A DNA stretch of 44,183 nt from Nitrospinota bacterium (GTDB lineage: Bacteria; UBA8248): contig JASLZZ010000117.1 of NCBI GenBank assembly GCA_030754595.1, forward strand, positions 1 to 44,183, read 5' to 3'. A model generated the notes under the pieces. The model had not been told where the DNA came from, searched no databases, and saw only the letters and a program-made list of their open reading frames with translations. This document shows positions 18,656-30,842 of the stretch, piece after piece. The position numbers and the translations under genes are program-made. Position 1 is the first letter of the stretch; every line of letters starts with the position of its first letter.

Positions 18656-19651
18656 GTGACCAAAAAGGGAACGCGACCGGCGAAAAATTCCGGCGACGGT
18701 GGGGGCATCCCCAGCGAGAGTCTCCCGCCCGGACCGCCCGTTCCGGCCGGCCCGACTGTACCAGACGGTCACCGCTCGGGCTTCGTGGCCATCGTCGGCC
18801 GCCCGAACACCGGAAAGTCAACCCTCCTGAACCGGATACTCGACCAGAAACTCGCCATCATCACCCACAAACCGGGGACCACGCGCCGCCGCCTTCTGGG
18901 CGTATACAACCGGCCGGATGCACAGATGGTTTTTGTCGATACGCCGGGGATCGAGCGGCCCTCCTCGAAGCTGGGCCATTTTCTCCTCGAGGAGGCGAAG
19001 GCCGCCGTCTCCGGGGTGGACGTTATCCTTTTCATGACGGACGGGCGCGACGAAGGGGCCGATCTTCAGGCCTTGGAACTGCTCGATAACGCGGAGACGC
19101 CACTAATATTCGTCCTCAACAAGGTGGATCTCATCAAGGACAAGAAAACGCTGCTCCCGCTGTTCGAGAGCTATTCACGGGCGGGCCGGTTCAAGGATTA
19201 TTTTCCGATCTCGGCCCTGAAGGGAGAGAACGTGGACCGGATGCTCTCGGCTCTCCTGAAGCTTGTCCCCGAGGGACCACGCTATTTTACGCCGGGTACG
19301 GTCACGGACACCCCGGAGCGGATACTGGCCGGAGAATTCGTCCGCGAGCAGGTCTACCGGCAGCTTCACCGCGAGGTTCCCTACGCCGTGGCGGTGCAGG
19401 TGACGGAGATGGAGCGCGATCCGAAATCGGATCTTCTTCGCATCGAAGCCGTAATTTACGTCGAGCGGAAGAGCCAACGGGGAATCGTGATCGGAAAGGG
19501 GGGCAGTCGCCTCAAGCAGATAGGGCAGGGCGCCCGGCTGGATATTGAAAAAAGGTTGGGCGAGCAGGTGTTCCTGGGACTCGTCGTCCGGGTCAAGCCG
19601 AATTGGCGCCAGAGGGACGCGGCGCTACACGATCTCGAATTCGATAACTGA
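18656..19651 (+). CDS. era: GTPase Era
   Basis: GFVAIVGRPNTGKSTL, DTPG, NKVD, EVPY, KH motif VIGKGG. Confidence 0.95.
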   Translation: MTKKGTRPAKNSGDGGGIPSESLPPGPPVPAGPTVPDGHRSGFVAIVGRPNTGKSTLLNRILDQKLAIITHKPGTTRRRLLGVYNRPDAQMVFVDTPGIERPSSKLGHFLLEEAKAAVSGVDVILFMTDGRDEGADLQALELLDNAETPLIFVLNKVDLIKDKKTLLPLFESYSRAGRFKDYFPISALKGENVDRMLSALLKLVPEGPRYFTPGTVTDTPERILAGEFVREQVYRQLHREVPYAVAVQVTEMERDPKSDLLRIEAVIYVERKSQRGIVIGKGGSRLKQIGQGARLDIEKRLGEQVFLGLVVRVKPNWRQRDAALHDLEFDN

Positions 19652-19694
19652 GAGGGAGGGAAGAAAATCCGTTGATGGCGCGGGAGGGTGCCGC

Positions 19695-19883
19695 TTAACG
19701 GCGCTGGGCTCTGATCCTCTTTTTTCGGGCGGCCAGCACTTTCCGTTTGCGTTTGACGCTGGGTTTTTCGTAGTACTCTCTTTTTTTGATTTCGGTGAGA
19801 ATCCCCGACTTCTCGCACTGTTTCTTGAACTGCTTCAGCGCCTTGTCGATGGAATCTCCCTCGTGTACCTTCACTCCTGGCAT
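19695..19883 (-). CDS. rpsU: 30S ribosomal protein S21
   Basis: [33 protein letters not shown]. Confidence 0.96.
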   Translation of the reverse strand: MPGVKVHEGDSIDKALKQFKKQCEKSGILTEIKKREYYEKPSVKRKRKVLAARKKRIRAQRR

Positions 19884-20062
19884 ATGTGGCAATTACCTCC
19901 TTCGCCTGCAGTTAGTGAAAAAGACTCTCAACGCGTGGAATCCTATCCCACATCTGATTTGTTCCGTCAAGAGGCGCAATTCCGCGAAAAGGCTGAATTT
20001 AGCCCGTCGCGCCGCATTTCGGGTGGCGCCCCGCTATTCCAATCCCGGCGGGAGGGTATTTG

Positions 20063-20806
20063 ATGAGTATTCATGCGGATGAGGCAATCGTTCTGAGCGC
20101 CACCCCGTATTCAAATACGAGCCTCATCGCCACCTTTTTCGCCAGAAAAGAAGGGAAGATCAGGGTCGTTGCCCGCGGCGCCCGATCCCCGAAGAGTAAA
20201 ATCGGCGTCGGGCTGGAGCCGGCGACGCGGGTCCAGTCGGAATGGTCGATGCCCACCGGCAAGGACTTGGGAACGCTTCGCTACTGCGAGACGATCTCGG
20301 TTTTTCACAATCTCTGGTCAGACATGGAGGCGATGCGCCTGACGGGCCAGATACTGAAAACCATGGATCGCGTTTTCGGCGCTCATGAAGGCCAGGAGGA
20401 GCATTACGAGTGGTTGGCCGTGGCTCTCGAGGCGCTCGACTCGGGCGCCGAGGCGGGAAGCATCGGGGCGCTCTTCATGGCCGGCCTGCTCAAAAGGCTG
20501 GGCATCGCGCCGGTGCTGTCCTTTTGCGGCTCGTGCACGAAAAAACCCGGAGAGGAAAGAGCGGCGTTCGATGTCGAGTCGGGCGAGTTGCGGTGCAGCC
20601 GCTGCGAGCTCCCCACCGGGCAGGCGGTTCGGCTCCGGGCCGGGTCCGTTATGGCCTTGGGCGAGGCGATCGGGATCGCCCCCGAAAAAATCCGCTCGCT
20701 CCGGTTTCACGCCTCGATTCAGGGCGAAATTATTCAACTGGTTCGCGCTCTGATATCTTTTCATCTGGGGGTTTCTCTTCCCGTTCAGGGGCCGCGGACC
20801 AACTAG
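20063..20806 (+). CDS. recO: DNA repair protein RecO
   Basis: AIVL..YSNTSLI..GKIRVVARGAR; C-terminal CxxC..CxxC zinc finger. Confidence 0.88.
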   Translation: MSIHADEAIVLSATPYSNTSLIATFFARKEGKIRVVARGARSPKSKIGVGLEPATRVQSEWSMPTGKDLGTLRYCETISVFHNLWSDMEAMRLTGQILKTMDRVFGAHEGQEEHYEWLAVALEALDSGAEAGSIGALFMAGLLKRLGIAPVLSFCGSCTKKPGEERAAFDVESGELRCSRCELPTGQAVRLRAGSVMALGEAIGIAPEKIRSLRFHASIQGEIIQLVRALISFHLGVSLPVQGPRTN

Positions 20807-20845
20807 GAGCCCCAAAGGCCGCGGGCCGAATAGGAGTTAAGACAA

Positions 20846-22531
20846 GTGATCAAGGAACTACTTGAATCGATGATCCGGGAGGCCTTCGAGGCCGCCCGCG
20901 AGGACGGCGCGCTCTCGACCGAGGAAATTCCTCCCATAGAAGTGGAGATTCCGGCGAAGGAGGAGTTCGGGGATTATTCGACGAATCTGGGGATGCTGCT
21001 GGCCAAATCGGAGCGCAAGGCGCCTCTGGTCATCGCCGAGAGTTTGATGAAATTTTTACCGGACAGCGGCGGTGCACTTGAGAAAGTTCGGGTCGAGAAG
21101 CCTGGTTTTTTGAATTTCTACCTCAAGACGGAGTTTCTGGTTGCGCGCCTCGGGTCGGTGCTGAGGGAGCCGGACGCCTACGGCAAAAGCGACCTCGGAA
21201 AAGGAGTCAAGGTTCTTCTTGAATTCGTCAGCGCCAACCCCACCGGTCCCCTTCATATCGGCCACGGCAGGGGTGCCGCCGTCGGCGATGCGCTCGGCCG
21301 GGTCCTTCGCGCCACCGGGCATGAAGTCCACCGGGAGTATTACGTCAACGACGCCGGCAACCAGATGGAGATGCTCGGAAAATCCACCTATCTTCGCTAT
21401 TTCCAGGAAAAAGGGGAAAAAATCGAGTTTCCCGAAAACCTTTACTCGGGCGATTACATCCGAGAGATTGCGGTAAGCGAGGCCTACCGGCGGGCGGTCG
21501 CCGGCGAAGCGGATGAGGAATCCGCCCTGAAGGCGTCAACAGTGTTTACCGCCGATTTGATTTTGGGCCAGATCAAATCGGACCTTGATGCCTTCCGGGT
21601 GGGGTTCGATGAATGGTTCAGTGAAAAGTCCCTTTTCGGGGCGGGCGTCCCGACCGAGGTTGTCGGCAAGGTGGGCGAGGCGGTCCGGGCGCTTGAGGAA
21701 TCGAATCATATTTATGAGGAAAGCGGCGCTAAATGGTTGAAATCAATGGACTATGGGGACGAAAAGAACCGCGTCGTCGTCAGGGAGGACGGCAGACCCA
21801 CCTACCTCGCCTCAGATATCGCCTACCACCGGCTCAAGTTCGAACGGGGGTTCGACCGGTGCATCAATATCTGGGGAGCGGACCATCATGGCTATCTGCC
21901 CCGCGTGAGAGCCTCGCTTGAGATGCTTGGAACCGACCCCGAGAGGCTGAAAATCTTATTCGTCCAGTTTGTCAGCCTCAGGCGCGGGGGCGAGCCGGTG
22001 CAAATGAGTACGCGGGCGGGCCAGTTCGAGGAACTATCGAAGGTGGTTGACGAGGTGGGGGTGGACGCCGCCCGGTTCTTTTTCCTGATGAGGAACCCCG
22101 ACAGCGCGCTGGAATTCGACTTGGACCTCGCCAAGGAGCAGTCGAGCGAGAACCCCGTTTATTATGTTCAGTATGCGCACGCCAGAACTTGCAGCCTCTT
22201 TCGGCAGGCCGGGGAGCGCGGGATCGAGGTTTCCGGCTCCCCCGAAATTCCGGCCGGCGGGCTGAGCCTTCCCGAGGAGCACGCCCTGGCGAGGGTGGTG
22301 CTCGAGTGGCCCGAGACGGTCCGCCTGGCGGCCGAGCGACTGGAGCCCCACCGCGTCGCGTTTTATCTGGTATCGCTGGCAAAGCAATTCCACGCCTACT
22401 ACAACCGGCACCGGGTTCTGGACCAGGAGCCGAAAACCACCGAGGCGCGCCTTCAGTTGACCAGGTGCCTGCAAATTGTCCTGAAAAACGGACTTGAGCT
22501 ATTGGGGGTCTCCACCCCCGAAAAAATGTAA
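20846..22531 (+). CDS. argS: Arginine--tRNA ligase
   Basis: FGDYSTN, EFVSANPTGPLHIGHGRGA, WGADHHGY, MSTRAG, YYVQYAHAR. Confidence 0.97.
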   Translation: MIKELLESMIREAFEAAREDGALSTEEIPPIEVEIPAKEEFGDYSTNLGMLLAKSERKAPLVIAESLMKFLPDSGGALEKVRVEKPGFLNFYLKTEFLVARLGSVLREPDAYGKSDLGKGVKVLLEFVSANPTGPLHIGHGRGAAVGDALGRVLRATGHEVHREYYVNDAGNQMEMLGKSTYLRYFQEKGEKIEFPENLYSGDYIREIAVSEAYRRAVAGEADEESALKASTVFTADLILGQIKSDLDAFRVGFDEWFSEKSLFGAGVPTEVVGKVGEAVRALEESNHIYEESGAKWLKSMDYGDEKNRVVVREDGRPTYLASDIAYHRLKFERGFDRCINIWGADHHGYLPRVRASLEMLGTDPERLKILFVQFVSLRRGGEPVQMSTRAGQFEELSKVVDEVGVDAARFFFLMRNPDSALEFDLDLAKEQSSENPVYYVQYAHARTCSLFRQAGERGIEVSGSPEIPAGGLSLPEEHALARVVLEWPETVRLAAERLEPHRVAFYLVSLAKQFHAYYNRHRVLDQEPKTTEARLQLTRCLQIVLKNGLELLGVSTPEKM

Positions 22532-22642
22532 AAGCGTGAAATTCATCTCCAAATGATGTAGAATCGCATTGCGGCTTTAATGTAACGGTCAAGTTTTCAG
22601 TATATTCGCCGGTTTTCATCCGCCCGATGGACCGATGGATCG

Positions 22643-23461
22643 ATGGCGATTTTCCCCTCACGCAAGCCCCCGCCCGGCGAACAACCTCCGGTGCAGTTCT
22701 CCTTCACCAAGCAACAGATAGGTCTTTTGACGGGAGGCGCTCTTGTCCTGCTGACGATTTCATTCAGCCTGGGGTTTGTCGTCGCGGACCGGCGGGAAGG
22801 CGAAAAAGAAGGCGGCGGCGGAGTTGAATCCGGGGTGGCGAACGCTGAGAGTACCTACCGGGGCGAGCGGGAAGCGACCGTCAGAATTACACCTTCGGGC
22901 GACAAAGGCGGGGCCAGCAATGGCGGGACCACCAGCATCAAGCCCAGTTTTTACAGAAGACTCTTGTCGAAGGACAATCCCGCGGCGGAAAAGCTGGACC
23001 CGTTGAAACTGTCGGGGACGAACTCTTCCAGTATCTCCGGAAGGAGGGCAAATAACTCCGGAGGAGGAACGAGTGGCTCCGGGGCGGATGGCTCCGAGAG
23101 GAAGGTCTCGACGGATAAAGCGAAAGAAAATCCCCCCCCAAAACAGTTTCCCGCGATAAAACCACGCTTATCCGCGAAGGCGGTCCCGCCCGTCTCAAAG
23201 CTCGATTTCTCCGGTGGACCTCGATCCCGCTTCACCATCCAGGTGCTCTCCGTCCGGGAGCCGGCTCGGGCCATCTCGGTGATGCGCGGGCTTCGGGACA
23301 AGGGTTTTTACGCGTTTATCCAGCGCGTCGATCTCAAGGAAAAGGGTGTCTGGCTCCGGATCCGGGTGGGCCGCTTTCCCGACCGCGGCTCCGCCGCCAG
23401 GACGCTTCAGGCCCTCCGGGCGAAGACTACGGTCCAGGGAGGGCACGTGATTCCCCTCTGA
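22643..23461 (+). CDS. SPOR domain cell-division protein (FtsN/DedD-like)
   Basis: N-terminal TM helix, disordered linker, C-terminal FTIQV..WLRIRVGRF SPOR domain; typical position after argS. Confidence 0.85.
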   Translation: MAIFPSRKPPPGEQPPVQFSFTKQQIGLLTGGALVLLTISFSLGFVVADRREGEKEGGGGVESGVANAESTYRGEREATVRITPSGDKGGASNGGTTSIKPSFYRRLLSKDNPAAEKLDPLKLSGTNSSSISGRRANNSGGGTSGSGADGSERKVSTDKAKENPPPKQFPAIKPRLSAKAVPPVSKLDFSGGPRSRFTIQVLSVREPARAISVMRGLRDKGFYAFIQRVDLKEKGVWLRIRVGRFPDRGSAARTLQALRAKTTVQGGHVIPL

Positions 23462-23505
23462 TTTCCCTATGCGGTACCGCACTGATTCAGTGAAATTCTC
23501 GCTCC

Positions 23506-23534
23506 TTGACACTCCCGAAAGGCATTCCTAATAT
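23506..23534 (+). promoter_or_regulatory. Putative sigma70 promoter of lipA
   Basis: TTGACA-17 bp-TAATAT. Confidence 0.55.
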
Positions 23535-23569
23535 GCCCCCGCTCGTTTTCCGGTAGCTGAGGATTTTCA

Positions 23570-24547
23570 ATGGTTTCCCGAAAATTTCCGCCGTGGCTGC
23601 TCAAGCGCCTTCCGGTCCCGGGTAAGGCCCATAGCGTGAAGGCGCTCATGCGGAAGAAAAACCTTTTCACGGTCTGCGAGGAGGCCCGCTGCCCCAATCT
23701 TTTCGAGTGTTTCGCCCAGGGGACGGCCACCTTCATGATCGGCGGGGACATCTGCACGCGCACCTGCGGGTACTGTGCGGTCGAGAAGGGAGCGCCCGCC
23801 CCCCTCGACCTCGATGAACCGAGACATGTCGGCGAGGCGGCGGCCCGGCTCGGGCTCCACCATGTGGTCGTCACGATGGTGAACCGCGATGACCTGCCCG
23901 ACGGAGCCGCCGGCCATGTCGTCGAGACGATAGAGGCGATCCGCGAGCGTCTTCCGCGAGCGACGGTCGAAGTCCTCGTCTCGGATTTCATGGGAGACTT
24001 CAGAGCTGTGGAAACCGTGGTGCAGGCAAAGCCCGACGTTTTCAACCACAATGTCGAAACGGTCCGACGCCTGTTCAGGAAAACCCGCCCCAAGGGAGAC
24101 TACGAACGCTCCCTCCGGGTCATCGGGATGGCGCGGGAAATCGACCCCGGGATGACGACGAAGAGCGGCGTCATGGTGGGCCTGGGGGAGGGGGAGGACG
24201 ATGTGCTCTCGCTCATGGACGATCTCAGGCGCCCCGATGTGGATTGCCGGATCATGACTATCGGCCAGTACCTTCAGCCGCGCAAGAAGGGAATCTCCGT
24301 ATCCGAGTACATTCATCCCGACACTTTTGCGCGCTACCGATCGGCGGGAGAGGATAAAGGTTTCGCCCATGTGTTCGCGGGCCCGTTCGTCCGGAGCTCT
24401 TATAACGCGCGCGAGGCCATGCTCGCGGCCAAGGGCGATGTGGACGGCGATGCGGGGGGGGATCCCGAGGGCCGATCGTTCATGACCGGGGACATGTCGG
24501 GCCAAAACATCGCTGTCGGCGGCGCCGGGCTGCCGATGTACACTTAA
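23570..24547 (+). CDS. lipA: Lipoyl synthase
   Basis: [31 protein letters not shown] motifs. Confidence 0.96.
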   Translation: MVSRKFPPWLLKRLPVPGKAHSVKALMRKKNLFTVCEEARCPNLFECFAQGTATFMIGGDICTRTCGYCAVEKGAPAPLDLDEPRHVGEAAARLGLHHVVVTMVNRDDLPDGAAGHVVETIEAIRERLPRATVEVLVSDFMGDFRAVETVVQAKPDVFNHNVETVRRLFRKTRPKGDYERSLRVIGMAREIDPGMTTKSGVMVGLGEGEDDVLSLMDDLRRPDVDCRIMTIGQYLQPRKKGISVSEYIHPDTFARYRSAGEDKGFAHVFAGPFVRSSYNAREAMLAAKGDVDGDAGGDPEGRSFMTGDMSGQNIAVGGAGLPMYT

Positions 24548-24563
24548 AGGCGGGAGGGGAGCC

Positions 24564-25760
24564 ATGCATGAATTTCAGCGAATCACCCGCCTGCCGCCCT
24601 ATGTGTTCGCGGCCGTGGACGAACTCAAGCTCGCCGCCCGCCAACGGGGGGAGGACGTCATCGACTTCGGGATGGGCAACCCCGATCTCGCCACCCCTCC
24701 CCATATCGTTGAGAAACTCGTCGAGGCGGCCTCGAACCCCCGGAACCACCGCTACAGCGCTTCCCGGGGAATCACGAAGCTGAGAAAAGCGATCTCGGAC
24801 TGGTACGGGCGGCGATTCGACGTGGTTATCGATCCGGACCGGGAGGCCATCGTCACCATCGGGGCGAAGGAGGGGATCTCCCACCTCTGCCTGGCCATCA
24901 CGAACCCTGGCGACCTGGTCATGGTGCCGAGCCCGACCTATCCCATTCACACCTATGCGGGCGTCCTTGCGAACGGAAACGTGCTCCATGTCCCGCTCGC
25001 CCAGGGCGACGACTTTTTAGACAACTTGATGAATGTGATTCGGCCCATTTGGCCCCGGCCGAAAATATTACTCCTCAGTTTTCCGCATAACCCGACGACG
25101 GTTTGCGTCGAACTGCCGTTCTTCGAAAAACTCGTGGCGTTCGCCAAGGAAAATGATCTGATCCTGGTCCACGACTTCGCCTATGCCGATCTGTGTTTCG
25201 ACGGCTACCAGCCTCCGAGCATGCTCGAGGTCCCCGGGGCGAAGGATGTGGGCGTTGAGCTGTTTTCCCTCTCGAAAAGTTATTCGATGCCCGGGTGGCG
25301 CATCGGCTTCGTGGTGGGAAATCCCCAAATCGTCGAGGCGCTGAGGCGGATAAAAAGTTATCTTGACTACGGCGCCTTTCAGCCCATTCAAATTGCATCG
25401 ATCATCGCCCTGAACGGGCCGCAGGATTGCGTCGATTCCATCCGGCAGACCTATCAAAACCGCAGGGACACTCTCTGCGAGGGTCTCGGCCGGATCGGCT
25501 GGCCCGTCCAGAAGCCCCGGGGAACGATGTTCGTATGGGCTGAGATCCCCGACGCTTTCAAGGAAATGGGATCGCTCAAATTCGCGACCTACCTGCTGAA
25601 GGAAACCAACGTCGCCGTTGCCCCGGGAATCGGTTTCGGGGATCTGGGCGACGGCTACGTACGCTTCGCTCTTGTCGAGAACGAGCACCGCATCCGTCAG
25701 GCCATTCGAAACCTGCGCCCGGTTATCGGAGGCGGGGTCGCGAATCGCGCAGCGGGTTAA
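24564..25760 (+). CDS. alaC: PLP-dependent class I/II aminotransferase (AlaC-like)
   Basis: [46 protein letters not shown]. Confidence 0.85.
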   Translation: MHEFQRITRLPPYVFAAVDELKLAARQRGEDVIDFGMGNPDLATPPHIVEKLVEAASNPRNHRYSASRGITKLRKAISDWYGRRFDVVIDPDREAIVTIGAKEGISHLCLAITNPGDLVMVPSPTYPIHTYAGVLANGNVLHVPLAQGDDFLDNLMNVIRPIWPRPKILLLSFPHNPTTVCVELPFFEKLVAFAKENDLILVHDFAYADLCFDGYQPPSMLEVPGAKDVGVELFSLSKSYSMPGWRIGFVVGNPQIVEALRRIKSYLDYGAFQPIQIASIIALNGPQDCVDSIRQTYQNRRDTLCEGLGRIGWPVQKPRGTMFVWAEIPDAFKEMGSLKFATYLLKETNVAVAPGIGFGDLGDGYVRFALVENEHRIRQAIRNLRPVIGGGVANRAAG

Positions 25761-25790
25761 ACAGTTCCCCTAAATTTCGGTCTGGTACTC

Positions 25791-27116
25791 ATGAAAAAAG
25801 TTCGAATTGGCATATTAGGCCTGGGCACGGTGGGCTCAGGGGTGGTTTGTCTCCTGAACGAGCAGCGCGAGCTGATTCAGCGCCGCCTCGGCGTGGAGGT
25901 GCTGATCGGCCGAATCGCCGACAGGAGCGCGCACGGCAAAAGCGCGGAAGGTGTTTCGGAAGATAATCTGAACACCGATTTCGACGGACTGCTCGACGAC
26001 CCGGACATCGATATTGTCGCCGAGTTGATCGGCGGAACCGAGGACGCCCGCCGCCATATATTAAGGGCCCTTAAAAACGGCAAGCCCGTCGTGACCGCCA
26101 ACAAGGCGGTGCTTGCCATCCACGGCGAGGAAATATTCGCCTCCGCCGAGGAGGCGGGCTGTCCGCTGGGATTCGAGGCCTCCGTCGCCGGGGGAATCCC
26201 CATCGTCCGGAACCTGCGCGAGGCGTTCGCGGCCGACCGGATAGAGAGTGTCGCCGGTATCCTCAACGGGACCTGCAATTACATTTTGACCGATATGACC
26301 GAAAAAGGCGCGGAGTTCGCCGCGACCTTGAAAATCGCGCAGGAACTGGGCTACGCCGAAGCCGACCCGGCCTTCGACATCGACGGCGTGGACGCGAGCC
26401 ATAAAATCGCCATCCTCGCCAATCTCGCCTACGGCACTCCGGTTGAACTCGAGGCCATCCCGACCGAGGGGATTCGCGGAATCGACGCCATCGATATTTC
26501 CTTCGCGCGCGATCTGGGGTTCCGCGTGAAGCTCATCGCCATCGCCCGCGAGACGGGGGGGCAACTCGACATCCGGGTGCATCCGGCCATGCTGCCCGAG
26601 CATCACCCCTTGTCTCAGGTCGGCGGGGTTTTTAACTCCGTTGCCGTGGTAGGAGCCAACGCCGGTCCCCAGGCTTTCATCGGACAAGGCGCCGGTTCGG
26701 CCGCAACCGCCAGCGCCGTTGTGGGGGATGTCGTCGAGATCGTCCGGTGGCTTCGCGACAACGGCGGCCAGTCGCGCCTTCCGGCGGCGGCGTTTCTCCC
26801 GGACTCCCGGAGGCGCCTGAAAATCTTGTCGCCCAAAGAGGTGAGGACTCCCTACTATATCCGCTTCTCCGCCCTGGACCGGCCCGGTGTCCTGAGCCGT
26901 ATTTCGGGGGTATTCGGAACCTTCGACATCGGCCTCGAGACGATCATTCAAAAGGGAAGGGCCGGCCGCGACGATCACGTGCCTTTGGTGATCATGACCT
27001 ACGAGGCCTCGGAGGAAAGCATGCAAAACGCCCTCCGGGAGATTTTGTCCCTCGATGTGGTGTCTCCGGAATACGCCCTTTTGCGCGTGGAATCCGACGG
27101 CACCCGGTTCGCCTGA
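25791..27116 (+). CDS. hom: Homoserine dehydrogenase with ACT domain
   Basis: GLGTVG, VVTANKA, FEASVAGGIP, GILNGTCNYIL, GYAEADP, DRPGVL. Confidence 0.96.
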   Translation: MKKVRIGILGLGTVGSGVVCLLNEQRELIQRRLGVEVLIGRIADRSAHGKSAEGVSEDNLNTDFDGLLDDPDIDIVAELIGGTEDARRHILRALKNGKPVVTANKAVLAIHGEEIFASAEEAGCPLGFEASVAGGIPIVRNLREAFAADRIESVAGILNGTCNYILTDMTEKGAEFAATLKIAQELGYAEADPAFDIDGVDASHKIAILANLAYGTPVELEAIPTEGIRGIDAIDISFARDLGFRVKLIAIARETGGQLDIRVHPAMLPEHHPLSQVGGVFNSVAVVGANAGPQAFIGQGAGSAATASAVVGDVVEIVRWLRDNGGQSRLPAAAFLPDSRRRLKILSPKEVRTPYYIRFSALDRPGVLSRISGVFGTFDIGLETIIQKGRAGRDDHVPLVIMTYEASEESMQNALREILSLDVVSPEYALLRVESDGTRFA

Positions 27117-27163
27117 AGACCTTTTTCCGGATCGTCAAAGACCGGATCGCCAAAGGAATTGCC

Positions 27164-28471
27164 GTGAAGGTCCTCGTTCTCCTGGGCAGTGGAATGGCCG
27201 GTGAATCCTTTCCCGGGTTGGATGGGCGGACTTTTCTCGAGGCCGCCGATACACCGGCGATGGACCGCCTCGCCGCCGTGGGTGTGTCGGGTGGGTGGCA
27301 TTCCGCCCCCGCCTCCGCGCAGTCCTCGCCCGGAGCCGACACCACCCTTTACGAGTTGTGCGGATGCTTTAAAAGGACGCCCCGGGGTCCGCTCGAGGCC
27401 CTGGGTTCCGGCATCGGCCTTCGGGAGGGCGAGGTCGCCTTTCGGGCGAATTTCGTTTGCCTGAGGCCCGGGGCGACGAGCGTGATCATGTTCGACTCCG
27501 CCGGGGGCGGGATATCGGACGAGGAAGGCGAAGCCCTGTCCGCCCATCTCAGGGAGAATTTTCTCCCGGACCCAGGCGAGGAGATTGGATTTCACTCCCT
27601 CGGCGGATACCGGGCCCTCCTGACCTACCGGAAACAAGGCGATGAGGTCTCCCCAGCGGCCCTGTGCGGCTTTATGCCCCCGCACGATATCGAGGGCCAG
27701 CCCATCGGCGACTATCTCCCGCCGTCCGGGAAGGCGCGGCGGTTTGTCCACATCGTGAACGACTCGCAAATGATCATGGCCGGTTATCAAGGGACAAAGC
27801 AAGGCACGGAATCCGCCATGTTCCCGGCCAACAGCATTTGGCTCTGGGGCGGCGGGGCCGTTTCGGACCACCCTCCGATTTCACAAGCTCTAGGCGGACG
27901 CCGGGCGGCCTTTGTGTCGAATTGCCCGGCTGTGATCGGCGTTGGTCGCCTGGGCGGGGCCGAGGTCTTCTCCACTGGCGGCGCCATGTCGGCAGCCGAC
28001 TGCAGGCCGGAAATGGTGGCGGCGGCGAGGCGGGCCGCACGCTCGAGCGATTTTGTCGTGGTCTGCGACGAGGGACCCGCCGAGGCCGTCAACCGGGGAA
28101 AAAATTCGGGCGAAATAGTAGGCGCCATCGAGGCGTTCGACCGCGAGGTGGCGGGACCCCTTATCGAGGAGATGGGGGAGGGAGACTGGCGGATTCTCCT
28201 GCTCGCCGACTGCATCGCCTCGAACCGGCCCGCCCCTTGGGCCATGGCCGATTGGAATTCCGGAGAGCTTCGCCCGCCGCTGTTTAAAGAAGGCTTTGGG
28301 TTCGCCGCCCTCTTGCGCAGGCTTCGTGGTGAAGGCGAAGCCTCAGCCGGAGTCGAAACCTCTCCCAGAGGCGGTGCCTCTCCCGAGGCGGGGGCCTTCG
28401 TGGAGAGTTTGTGCGAGAATCGGGCTCCGCTGACCGGGCGTGCTCTCTTAAAGCGGCTCTTGGCAGCCTGA
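27164..28471 (+). CDS. ApgM-like (cofactor-independent phosphoglycerate mutase / proposed homoserine kinase family) homolog with degenerate active site
   Basis: GxGMA..LDGRTxLEAAxTPxMDRLA, RGPLEALG, FRANFV, PPHDI, ANSIWLWGGG; GTG start at 27164. Confidence 0.8.
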   Translation: MKVLVLLGSGMAGESFPGLDGRTFLEAADTPAMDRLAAVGVSGGWHSAPASAQSSPGADTTLYELCGCFKRTPRGPLEALGSGIGLREGEVAFRANFVCLRPGATSVIMFDSAGGGISDEEGEALSAHLRENFLPDPGEEIGFHSLGGYRALLTYRKQGDEVSPAALCGFMPPHDIEGQPIGDYLPPSGKARRFVHIVNDSQMIMAGYQGTKQGTESAMFPANSIWLWGGGAVSDHPPISQALGGRRAAFVSNCPAVIGVGRLGGAEVFSTGGAMSAADCRPEMVAAARRAARSSDFVVVCDEGPAEAVNRGKNSGEIVGAIEAFDREVAGPLIEEMGEGDWRILLLADCIASNRPAPWAMADWNSGELRPPLFKEGFGFAALLRRLRGEGEASAGVETSPRGGASPEAGAFVESLCENRAPLTGRALLKRLLAA

Positions 28472-28538
28472 GGCGGCTCCTGGCGGCGTAGAGTGGGCCC
28501 CCCGGGTGGGGCCTCTAACTCCCCACGGAGAAAGAGCA

Positions 28539-29743
28539 ATGGGTCTTGTGGTCCAAAAATTCGGCGGCACCTCGGTGGCCGATATCGAGTGCATCCGCAG
28601 CGTCGCCGGACGGGTGGCCTCCGCGCGCGGGAAGGGGGACCAGGTCATCGCCGTCGTCAGCGCGATGGCCGGCGAGACAGACAAACTCATCAAAATGGCG
28701 GACGAGCTCTCCCCGGAGCCGTCGGGCCGCGAGGTGGACCTCCTGCTCACATCGGGCGAGCGGATCACCGCCGCCCTCCTGGCGATCACCCTCGAGGGCC
28801 TCGGCGTCCCCGCCATCTCGCTCACCGGCAGCCAGGCGGGTATCCAGACCGAGGGGGCCCATACCCGCGCGCGGGTGCGCACGATCCAGCCCCGGCGGAT
28901 CCGCCTCGAACTCGAGGCGGGCCGGGTCGTCATCGCCGCCGGCTTTCAGGGGGTAGACCACCTGAACGAGGAGCAGACCCTCGGCCGGGGCGGCTCCGAT
29001 CTGACGGCGGTCGCCCTAGCGGCTGCGCTCGAGGCCGGGCTGTGCGAGATTTACACCGATGTCGAGGGCGTCTTCACGGCCGATCCGCGGATCGAGCCTC
29101 GCGCCCGCCTGCTCGAGAAGATATCGTACGATGAGATGATGGAAATGGCCTCGCTGGGCTCCAAGGTGCTTCAGTCGCGCTCGGTCGACCTGGCGGCCAA
29201 ATATAAGCTACAACTCGTCGTCCGATCCGCGTTCGGCGAAGGAGAGGGAACCTTGATCACACCCGAAGAGCCCGGAATCGAAGCCCCCGCCGTCAACAAC
29301 GTGAGTTGCGACAAGAAACAATCGAAGCTCACCGCCCAAGGCGTCGCCGACCGGCCCGGCATCGCCGCCTCCCTGTTCGGCAACCTGGCCGAGAAGTCCA
29401 TCGCCGTCGATATGATCGTCCAGAACGTCAGCGAGGAGGGGCTCACCGATATCTCGATTACCGTGAACAGCGACGCCGCTGCCGAGGCCGAGCGCATCAT
29501 GATAGAGACGCACGCCTCCTTCGGCGCGCGCCGGATCATGCGCGACGACAACGTGGCCAAGGTATCCGTCGTCGGGATCGGGATGAAAAGCCAGGCCGGC
29601 GTCGCCGCGCGGGCCTTCGCCGCCCTCGCCCGGGATCGCATCAACATCCAGATGATCTCCACGTCCGAGATTTCGATCTCTGTGATCGTCGTGGAAGGCC
29701 AGGCCGGCGAGGCCATCCGCTCCCTTCACCGGGAGTTCATCGC

Positions 29744-29747
<4 letters not shown>
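28539..29747 (+). CDS. lysC: Aspartate kinase
   Basis: [37 protein letters not shown], two ACT domains, ISTSEI. Confidence 0.96.
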
Positions 29748-30778
<1,031 letters not shown>

Positions 30779-30782
30779 TTCA

Positions 30783-30818
30783 GTGTTGATGCTGTCGTTG
30801 ACACTATCGTTGACATGA
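30783..30818. repeat. 3 x 12-bp imperfect tandem repeat between glyQ and glyS
   Basis: gtgttgatgctg / tcgttgacacta / tcgttgacatga. Confidence 0.7.
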
Positions 30819-30842
30819 TTCCTGACTCCCTTTGAGGCTCCA

